A stretch of 64,000 nucleotides of DNA, from assembly GCF_021869535.1 (NCBI RefSeq), contig NW_026262712.1, forward strand, positions 47,368,001 through 47,432,000, given 5' to 3'. Under the pieces are notes generated by a model, which ran no database searches, was not told the origin of the DNA, and saw nothing but the letters and a program-made list of their open reading frames with translations. A program made the translations under genes and the position numbers. The number at the start of each line of letters is the position of its first letter. The stretch's first letter is position 1. Source of the stretch: Mytilus californianus (taxonomy: Eukaryota). This document shows positions 39,074 through 52,885 of this stretch, in pieces.

Positions 39074-40291
39074 AGGTCATTCCACTTCCACTTTTTCGTG
39101 GAAAGACCTTTTGATTTTGTTCTGATTATGTTCTTTCTTCCGCCAGATTTTATTCTTGCGTGTTCTTTTTGTTTCGTAACATGTCGCTTAGATATTTGGT
39201 ATGTGATATCTTACAGTTTATGCGCTTTTAAAGTTGACCCTGCTAATGCGAACAATTATCTTTGTTGGAATTATCTCCCCGTACATTGTTTTTTTTTGTT
39301 ATTGCTACTCCATCGCAACCGTATAAGAAACCGACAATTTTTTTTTCTCCTAATTGCTCATTATATCTTCAGGATAACCGAAGCCACTCAGAGACTCCAT
39401 ATGAGAGTTATTTCTCATTATGTGTATAAACCGTAAGTAATAGAGACCTATGGTATTTTTATTTGAGGTCAATGGTCCACAAAAACTAAAATGAGTTCAA
39501 GGTCAAAGGTCAATAACGCTTATTCTAAGAAACCGTATAAGGTATCTACAAAATGTTTTTACTAAATAGTTAGTTGCGGCAAGTCGCAACATATTTATTT
39601 TGTTTGAATGGGCACGGTGACATTTAATGGTAGTTTTCGCCCCTCTTATATTAAAAAAAAACTAGCTGTATGGTGATATAACTCATATATAGTAAAGAAC
39701 TAGGGTCTTTTGGTTTGAAGTCCTTGCCTTGTGGCCTTGAAATTGAGGTCAAGATCAAAGTTAAATTGACGTTCTAGATTTTGAACTTTGCTATTACTTC
39801 ATATTAGTAAATGATAACGTCATAGGATTTTTGCATTAGGTTGAGGAAATATGAGAAAGGTCAACAGGAAGTGACCTTTATAGAACCGGAAGCAGCCATA
39901 TTTTGCAGGTTTTTTTTTATAAATGTACCTCAAACTATAAATTTTTGAAATCAGTGTGAACTAACCAATCATATGTAACCGGACGTGAAGTTTTGTAAAC
40001 AGGAAGTAGCAACTTATCTCCTTTGTTTCAAGCAAAGGTATATAGAAACCATATATATTTGGAATCAGGGTAAAGTAAGCTGTTATTTGACACCGAAAGT
40101 GACTTTTAATTACCAGAAAAGGCTTAAATATATCCCTTATTTCAAGAAAAAAGTTCTATACACGTTGCATTTTCAGAATCGTTTGGAGATAAGATATCTT
40201 CTAACACCAGACCCTCTATTTTCATTCAGATGCTCTTGTATAAGGTTGAAAAGACCGTCAATTGTTCTCTGAACAATTGGGTTTTAATTAT
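39074..40291 (-). mobile_element. Helentron-like non-autonomous element (HINE-type), apparently full length
   Basis: Reverse complement of the 54003-55381 element: 5' CAATTGTTC/GAACAATTG palindrome near 40260-40280, TGACCTTGACC-type and CCGGAAG motifs, 3' AGGTC..CCAC/GTGGAAAGACCT hairpin at 39074-39109. Confidence 0.75.
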
Positions 40292-41885
40292 GTTAAAAAC
40301 TTTGTATTTGTAAACACGTTGATATCATGAGTCTTATGTCATACATAAATCATCGTTTTGTCCCTGTCACATGATCGCGTGTTTTTAATGTAGTTTTTGG
40401 TATTTTTCCAACTTTAAACATTATGAGTTAATTTGCTTCATCAAGGTAATGTTCTATCAGTTTATTCTTTTAAAGAACTCAAAATATAAAAACCCACATA
40501 TTCTATTGACAATGTATTTATAGAAAAAAGATATTGTACACATATATCAATGGAATAATGGAATCAATCTTTAAAAAGATTGACGTTTTCATGGTTATTT
40601 GAAATCGAAAGGAGTTTCAATTAGGTTGAATTTTGTCATGTTCATGTTTTGTAATGACCCAGTTTTTCAGTTATCAAAATTAAGGCCACAAGCTGCTTAA
40701 AATAGTCATTTTGTTTATAGAAAAAGTATTAAGCAAATCGCCCAAGCAAAACAAATAGATGAAAAATAAGAAAAATCAAAGCAAAACATTAAATTGTTTA
40801 TAAATTATAAGCAATAGTACTTTACCGATATTTAAACCTCATAACATATTAAAAAGATGCAAATCAATATTTTCGCATCAACTCCAAAAAGAACACAACT
40901 GGATGCGTCGTCAGAGTGAGCATCCCCAGTTACACATAGATCACCCGCACTGCGAATCCACACTCAGTCAAAATGTTCTGAATCGTTTATCCAACTTTTA
41001 TATTCTTAGGGTGGAAAGACCTTCAATTGTTCTCTGAGCAATTGGTTTTTAATTATGGTTGTGTTTGTAAACACGTAGATATCGTGAGTCTCATGTCAAC
41101 ACATATCCCAAACTACTTTGTTGTTGACTTAGAAGAGACAATCTTAGAGGTCTTCTTATCTATTGTAATGTGTAACTGTTAAATAATTTGGCAATGTTAG
41201 TGCATAAGATTATGATTTCTGTAAACTACCGATGTAAAATGTTTCTAACCTTGAATCAGTGATTTATGCATTTCCCAGTCACATGATCCGTGCTTTTAAT
41301 AAAGTTTTGGCCTAATTTTAACATAAAACATTTTATAGTTAATTAGGTTGATCCAGGTAATGTTCTATCGTTTTATTTATTTTTAAACAACTCTAAAAAT
41401 AAAGACACGCATATTCTATTCACAATGTAATTATAAAAAAATATATTGTACAAACATATCAATGAAATAAGGCATTGATCTTTAAAAAGGTTGACGTTTA
41501 TTTTAAATCGAAAAGAGTTTGAACTAGGTTGAATTTTGTCATGTTCATGATTTGTAACGACCTAGTTTTATAGTTATCAAAATTAAGGTCACAAGCTGCT
41601 TAAAATAGTTATTTGTTTATTGTAAAGTATAAAGCGAATAGCCTAAGCCAAGCCTAAGCAATACAAATAGATAGAAAATAAGAAAAATTAAGACAAAAAA
41701 TTAAATTGTTGATAAATTATATGCAATAGTATTTTACCGATTTTTAAACCTCATAACCTATCAAGAAGATTCAAATCACAATAATCGAACTAAAAAAAAA
41801 AGAACACATTCGGGTGCATTATAAGGGTAAGCATCTCCTGTTTGGCATGGATCACCCGCACTGCAAATCCACACTCCTCTGATAG
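40245..41885. repeat. Diverged two-copy tandem duplication (about 40245-40970 and 41010-41885)
   Basis: Collinear matches from CAATTGTTCTCTGA.CAATTGG through GATCACCCGCACTGC.AATCCACACTC; the second copy has about 170 bp extra. Confidence 0.8.
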
Positions 41886-42639
41886 CATGATAAAAGAATT
41901 GAATGTCTGCTTCATATATTATAAATATATTAGCCTGAGATAGAAAACGATTGACAATTTGGTTGAAAAGTAAAGAATATGGTATGTAAAGAATATTTTT
42001 GCAATAATATTTGTGGGCGAGGGATGGCGCCACTGTTAATTTGGTCAAACTGTCATACATTTTGCCAAATTATGCTATATATCAGGTTTTGATGAAAGTC
42101 ACCCACATTTATGACGCTACAAATACATCACTAATGACGCAATTGGTGAAAATCTTTTTTTCTTACTGAAACAATTAGACATTTTAACACACGTTATATT
42201 TATCGTAGTTTAAAAAAATTAGACTTTTAGGGCCAAAATTATGAGCTTGTGAATCAACAGATCAGACGGCTATTCTGTAATTATACGATCTAACATGTCA
42301 ACCAAAACGTTTATACATATATAAAATCTTTTTATGACATCATTAGTATTAAACTCTGTAAGTGGTAATTCAATATTTGATCTATGCAAAATTTCCAGCT
42401 CGTTTTATTGTAATCATAAGTGATGAAAGTTATTTGATGTGTACACTCCTTCAAAATATCTTTAATACTATGTTATTTTAATGAATATCGTTTTGAAATG
42501 AAACAAAAATCTCCTTTAGTACTTACATTAACACTTTAAATAAAAATGTACAATGCGAATTGACTTTTGTTGTCAAAGACACACGTAAAAAGACAAATCG
42601 AATACACATATTATATATCCAAGTTCTAGCCGAAAAGAT

Positions 42640-43442
42640 TATTATGTTAAACAGTTAGCCCAACAAGTAAATGTAAAAACTCACCGAATAAAAAAAACAA
42701 AAAAGTGTGACTAGAATTACATCTTCAAATTAACACAGAGTAAAATTAACCAAGGTCAATAGTAAAATGCAACCTAAGATGCTAGCAGTAACACAATTCC
42801 TGTAATGAATAATAATGTTGATGCGTGTATAACTAATAAACTCATCATAGATACCAGGTTTGAAATTTTGTATTTGAGCAAGACGCGCGTTTCTTCTACA
42901 AAAGACTCATCAGTGACGCTCGAATAAAAAAAAAAGTAAAAAAGGCCAAAAAAAAAAAGTTCGAAGTTGAAGAGCATTAAGAACCAAAACTCCTAAAAGT
43001 TTCGCCAAATACAGCTAGGGTAATCTATTCCTTAAGGTATAAAAGAATTCAAAGTTTTGTAAACAGTTACTAGTAATTTATAATTATGACCATATCAATG
43101 ATAATTCATGTCAACATGAAGACCTTCTGTCAAAATGGACTTAAATAAGAATAAAATAGGAATGGAATTGCTAAATGCAAATCAAAGTCTAACAAAACAT
43201 ATTTTATTGAAAATAACAAATAAAGAAATCTCCGACAAAGAAGAAAGCCAGTTGACAAAACTCATATAGCTGTTCACAATGAGTAGACATAATATCTTTG
43301 AATTGATGCAAGAATGTATTCTTTCATAATTATATGATATACAACATCAGTTATTATTTCAGAAAAAAAAGTAAGAAAGAAGGAGCAAACATGTCACTGT
43401 TTGAAAACTTTAAGGTATCCTGAAGTTCACAAAGGACCAAAG
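42640..43442. repeat. Solitary copy of the B half of the 923-bp array unit, with a ~290-bp repeat inserted
   Basis: AGCCCAACAAGTAAATGTAAAAA...GATGCGTGTA [insertion about 42830-43120] GACCTTCTGTCAAAATGG...GGACCAAAG matches array positions about 46885-47412. Confidence 0.85.
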
Positions 43443-46400
43443 GCAGTTAAGATTCTTTTTTATTTAAAACTAGACCAGGACCAATTTCTGTCATAATTTT
43501 AAGTACAATACAAAGTCCGTTGTCATAAGGCTTTTTATATAAAATCATTGAAAATATTACTTTTTTGCGAAACATTAAGATTTTTTTTTCAATTTTGAAT
43601 ATGCCTTGCAACAAAGTTGTGACTTTGAAATAAGTGCAAGCCAGAATTAGATATCTGTACTTTTGGAACCTCGAATAGACATTTTCCATAGACCTAATGC
43701 AAATATTTCCTAACAACGGTGTTAAGACAATCTCATTTTTGTGCCTATAGTCAGTATTTTCAACAAATTATATTATATATAATTGTTCGTAAAAGTACAG
43801 ATGTTGCACTGAACGATGACACAAAAGCAGTGGTACACTCAAAAGAGAATAACTTTTTTTTCAATGCATGGTCTGCATAACGCTGTTACCACAACTTTAT
43901 TTGATAACAACTACAGCAATTAATCCAAATATACACATATAAACAATGGTTAAATTGTACTGAACATGTGTCAAATGCGTCTTATCTGTTTTGCTTGTAT
44001 TGTTACATGTAACACATACGTAAAATGTATGTATCTATGTTTGGTCTAATTTAGTTTGTTCTAATGATGTTATTACTGCTCTTTGTCAGAAATATATTTT
44101 TCGGTCGTTTCGTTGGTTGAGATAGTCGAGCGTTTAGTTTTGTAAGGTTTATAGACTTCGCCTATTTTGAATTTACCTTGGAGTTTGATGTTTTTATACA
44201 TGCATTTTTTGTTACAGTGTAAACTGTGCGGCTGTATAATAAAATGTCAAAATACCTTCAATCATAATAACATAAATACCACTACAAGTTACAAGAGTCC
44301 AAAAGGTAGTACTATCTTTTCATTAATAAGACGACTAGGAAGTCATGTCTTTAAAAATGACTATGAACTTCGTACTTTATTTGGCCTTTTTAACCTTTTT
44401 GATTCGAGCGTCACTGATGACTCTTTGCAGACGAAACGCACGTCTGGCGTACACAATTTCTGTCCTGGTATCTATGATGAGTTTATTTACTATAACACAG
44501 AACGACGGGATCAGATGAATGGACTGTCCACTTATCATTGTAAAGACAAAGCCAGAATACATATGAAACTGTGATATACAGTTTGGGTGTTTCAAAAGAG
44601 GGCACAAATCAATTCATGCGTATGAAATATACAAAACAGGCTGATAACCTTAAACATTAGAATTAAGATAACAGATGATTTATGAAATATTGTATGAGTA
44701 GAAAAAAAATGAGCAATTCGACACAGAAGGAAATGTTTGTGACTACAAAGATTTTGAAATAACAGAAATAGATTGATTGAAGGTTTTTAACACCACTTTC
44801 AGCAAACTTGTTGGCCAGTGTTTTTTTTAGGAAAAGAACTAACGACCTACGTCATACCAACTTTCAAATCGTAGAGATTGAACTCTCATTGACGCCAGAA
44901 GGGTTCAAACTCACAATTTCAGTCCGACTAGGCTAAGTATCACTGTAGAGGAACTACTTCGAGAAATTAGCCACTGCTCATGAAAGGAAAAATGAAAAAT
45001 ATAAGTAATTATGTATAAATATAGCTTTAGGAAGGAAAACATGCCTTTGACAAAATGTTTAGGGGATATTTTTTGAAATATATAAAGATTCATGACAATT
45101 AATGTTAAACTAAATTAAAATGAAGTTTATCATTCAAATAACATTAATGAATCATATTTTGATACCTTTTGCATAATTGTCATTCTGTTAGAACAATTAA
45201 TATTACCCCTCCCCTGCTCCTAGAAATTCACTTACTCCATTTGTTTTGCAGTAACCATTATTAAAGCTGCAGAACCATTAAGGACTTATATCATTAGAAT
45301 ATCTGTAGGTTACGCACATGCCGGTTAACACTAAAAAGACCTCATTTACAGAACAGGGGTGTGCTCCTTACATAAAACTGTGTCAAAAGAGTTGTGAAGA
45401 AAAACGACAATTAATCTACACAACATACGTTAACGGTCAACATCATGAATTAGTTTACCAATACGATGTCTGAGTCTTAATACACTAGCAATATATTGTC
45501 GTGGTCTTAGTCATCTGATCTGTAAATTAACCAATTGTGTCATTTTAATTGAGTGTAGGTGAGCATGGCGGGTGATGAAAGAACATCCGGAAATGTTTAC
45601 TCTGTTGACGAACTGGGTCTTGCTTCATTTGAGACTTTTGCGATTTCCCCTAATTTATACTTCGACCAATGGATTTGTTCAAATACAAGGCAATATCAAA
45701 ATATGTGTTGTATTATCAATTTACTATGTGATACTGGAATTCCCGAAAGAAAAAATAATTATCCCTTTACACCATCACATATTGAAATTATGACAGAAGA
45801 TATAAGTTTGTAAAATCCTTTATACAAGTTATCTTTGTACAGTTGTATCGAATGGTAAAGGTTCAAAATATGACATTGATATTCGAAGTTCATTGTTTGA
45901 AATACCAGTAGATGCATTAATGAATAAAAAAGTGTAGTTAAAGGTCTTCATATTTGTTTAATTCATTGTGGTTTAAATAAAGGAAAAAGCGAGCACTCCA
46001 TTGAGAAGGCAGTAGTATCTAAATGTTTTAATATAGTACACTATATGAAATGTATGTATAGACCCGCGAACAGCCCGTACATGAAAATAATACTTGATAA
46101 ATTAAGTGAGTCTGAAGCACTTTTCTGGATTAAACCTTATCCGGAACGCTAAAACACGTGTATTTGAAAACCAGAGAAGTATAAAAATGAAGTGTTCATC
46201 GATCTCCTTCTTCGAGTTGGTTGACCGATTCGACATGTCTGTGCCTCATCGCACTAGCTACATGTTTTTGCAGGCTTGGGTATTTGAATGGTATTATGGT
46301 CGATTAATTTATGATTTTGCCAATTGTGTCCTATTACCGGCTGTGACATTTTGGCGGGTGGGTGCTTGCATGGTGGTTAGTGCTTACATTGTGGGCGGCA

Positions 46401-46487
46401 CTTGCCCGGTCGACGCGCCTAGTCTAGCTTCTTTTTGAATTCATGTTGTTCCCTCGAGTTTCGTTTGGTGCATTGATTTGTATAGTA

Positions 46488-49400
46488 GTTTGGTTGTTAT
46501 ATCATTGACATATACCTCCTTTATTCAGCTACAACAAAAACCAATAAGAGTTTGAGTTAAAAGCATATGATACCGTCAAACAGTATACAATGTACAATTA
46601 GCTGAATGTACAGTGATAAAATTGTTAATTTCAAACTTAATTGGAAAACGAAAATAGAATAGATTAAATCTTACCAGATCATCTGAAATCAAAAACAGAA
46701 CGGATATATAAAAGTTTGTCTATTTTAAGAATTGACGATGTAGTAGTTTCCAAAAATTTAAATATACATACACGTAATTGTGATAAGTTGTTCATGCAGA
46801 ACAATGTAATTCGGTTACGAATTACACAATAAAAACATACGATATTTATCCAAGAACACGCCAAATACCTTCAAGTGAACATTATTATGTTAAATAGCTA
46901 GCCCAACAAGTAAATGTAAAAAAATCACCGAATAAAAAACAAGAAAGTTGGACTAGAATTACATCTTCAAATTAACAATGAAGAACACTGGGTAAAATTA
47001 ACCAAGGTTAATAGTAAAATGCAACCTAAGATGCTAGCAGTAACACAATTCCTGTAATGAATAATAATGTTGATGCGTGTAATACAAATGTGGACCTTCT
47101 GTCAAAATGGACTTAAATAAGAATAAAATATGAATGGAATTGCTAAAGCAAATTAAAGTCTAACAAAACGTATTTTATTGGAATAACAAAAACAGAAATT
47201 TCCGATAAAGAAGAAAGCCAGTTAATAAAACTCGTATAACTGTTCACAACGAGTAGACATAATCTCTTTAAATTGATGCAAGAATGTATTCTTTAATAAT
47301 TTTATGATATACAACATCAGTTATTATTTCAGAAAAAAAAGTAGGAAAGAAGAAGCAATTATGTCACTGTTTGAAAGCTTTAAGGTATCCTGAAAAACAC
47401 AAAGGACCAAAGGTTTGGTTGTTATATCATTGACATATACCTCCTTTATTCAGCTACAACAAAAAACAATAAGAGTTTGAGTTAAAGCATATGATACCGT
47501 CAAACAGTATACAATGTACAATTAGCTGAATGCACAGTGATAAAATTGTTAATTTCAAACTTAATTGGAAAACGAAAATAGAATAGATTAAATCTTACCA
47601 GATCATCTGAAATCAAATACGGAACGGATATAAAAGTTTGTCTATTTTAAGAATTGACGATATAGTAGTTTCCAAAAATTTAAATATACATACACGTAAT
47701 TGTGATAAGTTGTTCATTCAGAACAATGTAATTCGGTTACGAATTACACAATAAAAACATACGATATTTATCCAAGAACACGCCAAATACCTTCAAGTGA
47801 ACATTATTATGTTAAATAGCTAGCCCAACAAGTAAATGTAAAAAACTCACCGAATAAAAAACAAGAAAGTTTGACTAGAATTACATCTTCAAATTAACAA
47901 TGAAGAACACTGAGTAAAATTAACCAAGGTCAATAGTAAAATGCAACATAAGATGCTAGCAGTAACACAATTCCTGTAATGAATAATAATGTTGATGCGT
48001 GTAATACAAATGTAGACCTTCTGTCAAAATGGACTTAAATAAGAATAAAATAGGAATGGAATTGCTAAATGCAAATTAAAGTCTAACAAAACGTATTGTA
48101 TTGGAATAACAAAAACAGAAATTTCCGATAAAGAAGAAAGCCAGTTAATAAAACTCGTATAACTGTTCACAACGAGTAGACATAATCTCTTTAAATTGAT
48201 GCAAGAATGTATTCTTTAATAATTTTATGATATACAACATCAGTTATTATTTCAGAAAAAAAAGTAGGAAAGAAGAAGCAAACATGTCACTGTTTGAAAG
48301 CTTTAAGGTATCCTGAAAAACACAAAGAACCAAAGGTTTGGTTGTTATATCATTGACATATACCTCCTTTATTCAGCTACAGCAAAAAACAATAAGAGTT
48401 TGAGTTAAAGCATATGATACCGTCAAACAGTATACCATGTACAATTAGCTGAATGCACAGTGATAAAATTGTTAATTTCAAACTTAATTGGAAAACGAAA
48501 ACAGAATAGATTAAATCTTACCAGATCATCTGAAATCAAATACGGAAGGGATATAAAAGTTTGTCTATTTTAAGAATTGACGATATAGTAGTTTCCAAAA
48601 ATTTAAATATACATACACGTAATTGTGATAAGTTGTTCATGCAGAACAATGTAATTCGGTTACGAATTACACAATAAAAACATACGATATTTATCCAAGA
48701 ACACGCCAAATACCTTCAAGTGAACATTATTATGTTAAATAGCTAGCCCAACAAGTAAATGTAAAAAAATCACCGAATAAAAAACAAGAAAGTTGGACTA
48801 GAATTACATCTTCAAATAAACAATGAAGAACACTGAGTAAAATTAACAAAGGTCAATAGTAAAATGCAACCTAAGATGCTAGCAGTAACACAATTCCTGT
48901 AATGAATAATAATGTTGATGCGTGTAATACAAATGTAGACCTTCTGTCAAAATGGACTTAAATAAGAATAAAATAGGAATGGAATTGCTAAATGCAAATT
49001 AAAGTCTAACAAAACATATGTTATTGGAATAACAAAAACAGAAATTTCCGATAAAGAAGAAAGCCAGTTAATAAAACTCGTATAACTGTTCACAACGAGT
49101 AGACATAATCTCTTTAAATTGATGCAAGAATGTATTCTTTAATAATTTTATGATATACAACATCAGTTATTATTTCAGAAAAAAAAGTAGGAAAGAAGAA
49201 GCAATTATGTCACTGTTTGAAAGCTTTAAGGTATCCTGAAAAACACAAAGGACCAAAGGTTTGGTTGTTATATCATTGACATATACCTCCTTTATTCAGC
49301 TACAACAAAAAACAATAAGAGTTTGAGTTAAAGCATATGATACCGTCAAACAGTATACAATGTACAATTAGCTGAATGCACAGTGATAAAATTGTTAATT

Positions 49401-49890
49401 TCAAACTTAATTGGAAAACGAAAATAGAATAGATTACATCTTACAAGATCATCTGAAATCGAATACGGAACGGATATAAAAGTTTGTCTATATTAAGAAT
49501 TGACGATATAGTAGTTTCCAAAAATTTAAATATACACGTAATTGTGATAAGTTGTTCATGCAGAAAAATGTAATTTATATCATACCGTCAAACAGTATAC
49601 AATGTACAATTAGCTGAATGCACAGTGATCAAATTGTTAATTTCAAACTTAGTTGGAAAACGAAAATAGAATAGATTAAATCTTACCAGATCTTCTGAAA
49701 TCGAATACGGAACGGATATAAAAGTTTGTCTATTTTAAGAATTGACGGTATAGTAGTTTCCAAAAATTTAAATATGCATACACGTAATTGTGATAAGTTG
49801 TACATGCAGATAAATGTAATTCGATAACGTATTACACAATAAAAACAAACGGTATTTATCCAAAGACACGACAAATAACTTCAAGTGAAC
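46488..49890. repeat. Tandem array of ~923-bp units (three full, one partial, one diverged partial)
   Basis: GTTTGGTTGTTATATCATTGAC starts at 46488, 47413, 48336 and 49259; restart at about 49581; units are near-identical. Confidence 0.95.
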
Positions 49891-50299
49891 ATATTGGACC
49901 TATGTAGACATAATACATTCATTTGTTTTCTTGTCATATGACAAGTTAATATAAATAATAAATATTTAGTTGTATATATATGTTATAAGCAATTTCCATT
50001 TAGGCATTTTGTAAAATTCCTGTGAGATTCAGGCATTCTAGACATTCACCAATTTTTGAAGACATTTTAAAAAAAAACTTAAATTTTTTTATAGAATGAT
50101 ATGTTCACAAAAACTGATGTATTGGAAGTATTAAAAACAATGCAGTTTTATCCATGATAGTTGCTGAATATAAACGCTTGCAGTTTAAGATTTTAATAGT
50201 AAAAAAAATTCTAATGAATAATCTAAAATTCACATAAGGACTGAACTAGACAAGTATTTGTTATTTCGTAACATGTTTGGATATCAGGTTCTGTTACTC

Positions 50300-50700
50300 A
50301 TTTGTCATGATTTTTTGCATTCATTGTACATCGTTTGGCGTAAAATTTGGTCTTAACACTACAACCACATTTGTTGAAACCCAGTAAAGTACTGTCGCCT
50401 TAATTCTTTAGATTGTTAAGCACCGAAAAATACCTTGAGGCAGTGATGTGAGGACATTCATATTTTCGAATCACAACCAGATAGCCTTGTAAGGTTAAAA
50501 CCCATGCTATAGAGGGGAATCCGTTTTGTTGTGTAGGATGTATCAATACGTATTTTTTCTGAATGGGCACATTAAATGATATACTTTGTGCAAGGAGAGT
50601 GTCCAGCTTTCTGCACGTTAAGAACTCTTTGACCGTTCCATAGATGGCCTGTTGGAAGGCAACAATCCTATCACCATTTAACATTTAAAGCGACAGCCAA
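50300..50700 (-). pseudogene. Decayed LRR plus LRR-CT fragment
   Basis: One-base shifts link GFNLTRLS, MNVLTSLPQGIF and SVLNNLKN, followed by LGFNKCGCS. Confidence 0.4.
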
Positions 50701-50979
50701 AATTTCTATCCTTTATCCGGGTCAATCCATTGCAGAATTTACCTATTTGATTTATGATCAATTTGTTCCCGTCCTAAATATACATGCAATCTTTACTACC
50801 GACCGCACGCAAACAAGCAACAATCAGTCAATAAAAAACGTCATTAATAATCAGAGAAAAATATAATCTAGTGCAGTGACAAAATAAAGGTATCGACGGA
50901 TTGTAGTACCGTGAATGTGCAAATATGTATCACAATAATATTTAGTATGGTTTGAATTTACTGATAACAAAATCAATAT

Positions 50980-51420
50980 TTTTACAAAAAAAAAAAAAAA
51001 AAAAAAAAAACAAAAAAAACAATATTCAAAGATCTAATTACTGTGTTGAATTGGTAATCTTTTAGAATAAATTTACTTGAAAGATTGATAGGTGTACCCG
51101 GATCGTATCTAAATTTCTGACCTCGGAAAACAACATTCCCGTAAAAATTAGGATGTGCTATTCCTTTTGAAATAAGTATTCCACAGGTACAGCCAAACTT
51201 GCAAACCAAATCTTTGTTTCTATGGAAGAATCTAGTTAAGGTTTTAAGTAATGTGTGGTAACTTGTCTGCATAAGTTTAAGAAATGCATAGTTAATGTTA
51301 TTGATTTCAAAAAAATTGAGAAATACAGTTATGACTTTTATAAAGGTTATGGTTGGTGTTAGAGCTATCAAGATTTAACTGTAGCAGCTTTTATGTTTAT
51401 GTCCAAAGCTACATATAGCA
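50980..51420 (-). mobile_element. C-terminal fragment of the Penelope-like RT family
   Basis: YHTLLKTLTRFFHRNKDLVCKF..KGIAHPNFYGNVV continues the YHKLVKTFTKF motif seen in the 56.1-56.5 kb fragment. Confidence 0.55.
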
Positions 51421-52885
51421 ACGATTACTACTCTTGTATTTGTCCCACTGTTATGACTGTAAGGTATGTGTCTTTTAGGTTTGTCATGGATTTTCAACAT
51501 ACATGTTCTGGTCATGTAAGTACTAAAAGAATATTATCAAGACCCAAGCACGAGAGGACGATAATGAATACTCAAAAGTACCCAAACGTGTATAAAAAGG
51601 GTTGTACAAAAGGGAAATTAAATGTTTGAGCGGGAAAGATAAGCAAGGCTAGCAGCTTGGGAAAACATAAATTATTCTTGCAAAACAATCTCCTGTATCC
51701 CCCAACCAGAAAATCTTATGGCCTTCCCATTATAGAAATGCAGACCGGAACACTTTTGTCAACATATTTTCAAAAATGTTTTGATCTGAGCGTCACTGAT
51801 GAGTCTTATGTAGACGAAACGCGCGTCTGGCGTATTAAATTATAATCCTGGTACCTTTGATAACTAACTCACAAGTACCACATAAAAGCTTCGGTTACAT
51901 TTCAGGGGTGCCACTTATTCTACTGTGAATTCATTTATGCTTCTATATGATTTTTGTTATGCTGTGCATCACATCGCCATGATTATCTTATATAGTCATG
52001 GTATATTGCAAAATCATTATCAGAAGGGTTTTAATACTTAGTTTTTTGACAGTATAGCCTCTTGTGTTTACACACCCGTTTGGGATACGTGTATTTACTT
52101 GTCCTTTTCTTTCGTAAATTAAATGTGAAACTGCTTCATAAGCTTCCAATGAAGATCGATGTCTATATTTATCATCTGCATTACAGTATTTATGAAACAC
52201 AGTCCACATATTTGACATGTTTGATTATTATGAATCTCCTTGTCTTTGTTTTTTACCCGACCTCAAATATATGTTTTCCGACACAAAAGTGCTTTTGAAG
52301 CAAAGAAAAACACAATAATACACGTTAACACGATATACAGTTATAAAACCTGCAGTTTTTAATTATTCAACTCTTTGTTCATATATTGAATTAAAATTTA
52401 ATATTAATAATGATACAAATTATCTATAACTGTCAATACGACAATAAGTCTGATTTTTGGCACTATGTCGATACAACATGCACAGAAGGCGCGAAAATGT
52501 AAACCCCAATACTACCTTAGATAAAATCATCATAGATACCAGGATTAAAGTTGTTTACGCCAAACGCGCGTTTCGCCTTCAAAACCCTTTCAATGACGCC
52601 CGAATCAAAAAAAGTTAAAAAGGCCCAAATACTGATTACTCTATTCCTATTGGATGTTTTTTGGTTATTTTTGTTCAAAATTTTTTTTATGTAAGGACAA
52701 TAACTCATATAAACAGTCATTAGATGGTTTTAGTCAAATGTGATTTTTATAGGTCCTCTCTTGTTGGCTACGTTAACTATAGCGCTTTCTTTTTGGCAAT
52801 GACAATTTTATATATAATAGACAATATGCGAAAATAAGTCAATAATCGTCATATAACTGTTATAACTAAAATAGGAATTATTCAG

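Noticed and set aside
39098-39436. 112-aa ORF, and ORFs at 39985, 52968, 53964, 54279 and 54842
   Set aside because: All lie within Helentron-like non-autonomous repeats and reflect their internal repeats.
44167-44607. 135-aa and 76-aa ORFs (also 6653-6937, 7213-7461, 42774-42977)
   Set aside because: They run through the dispersed ...GAAACGCGCGTCTGGCGT... repeat, whose translation recurs across the window.
45360-45960. Coding-looking stretch with ORFs 45559-45813 and 45572-45793
   Set aside because: No recognisable domain and no convincing splice chain in either orientation.
46488-49890. Array as CRISPR-like or coding repeat
   Set aside because: Units are ~923 bp with no unique spacers, the context is eukaryotic, and the short ORFs are not conserved across units.
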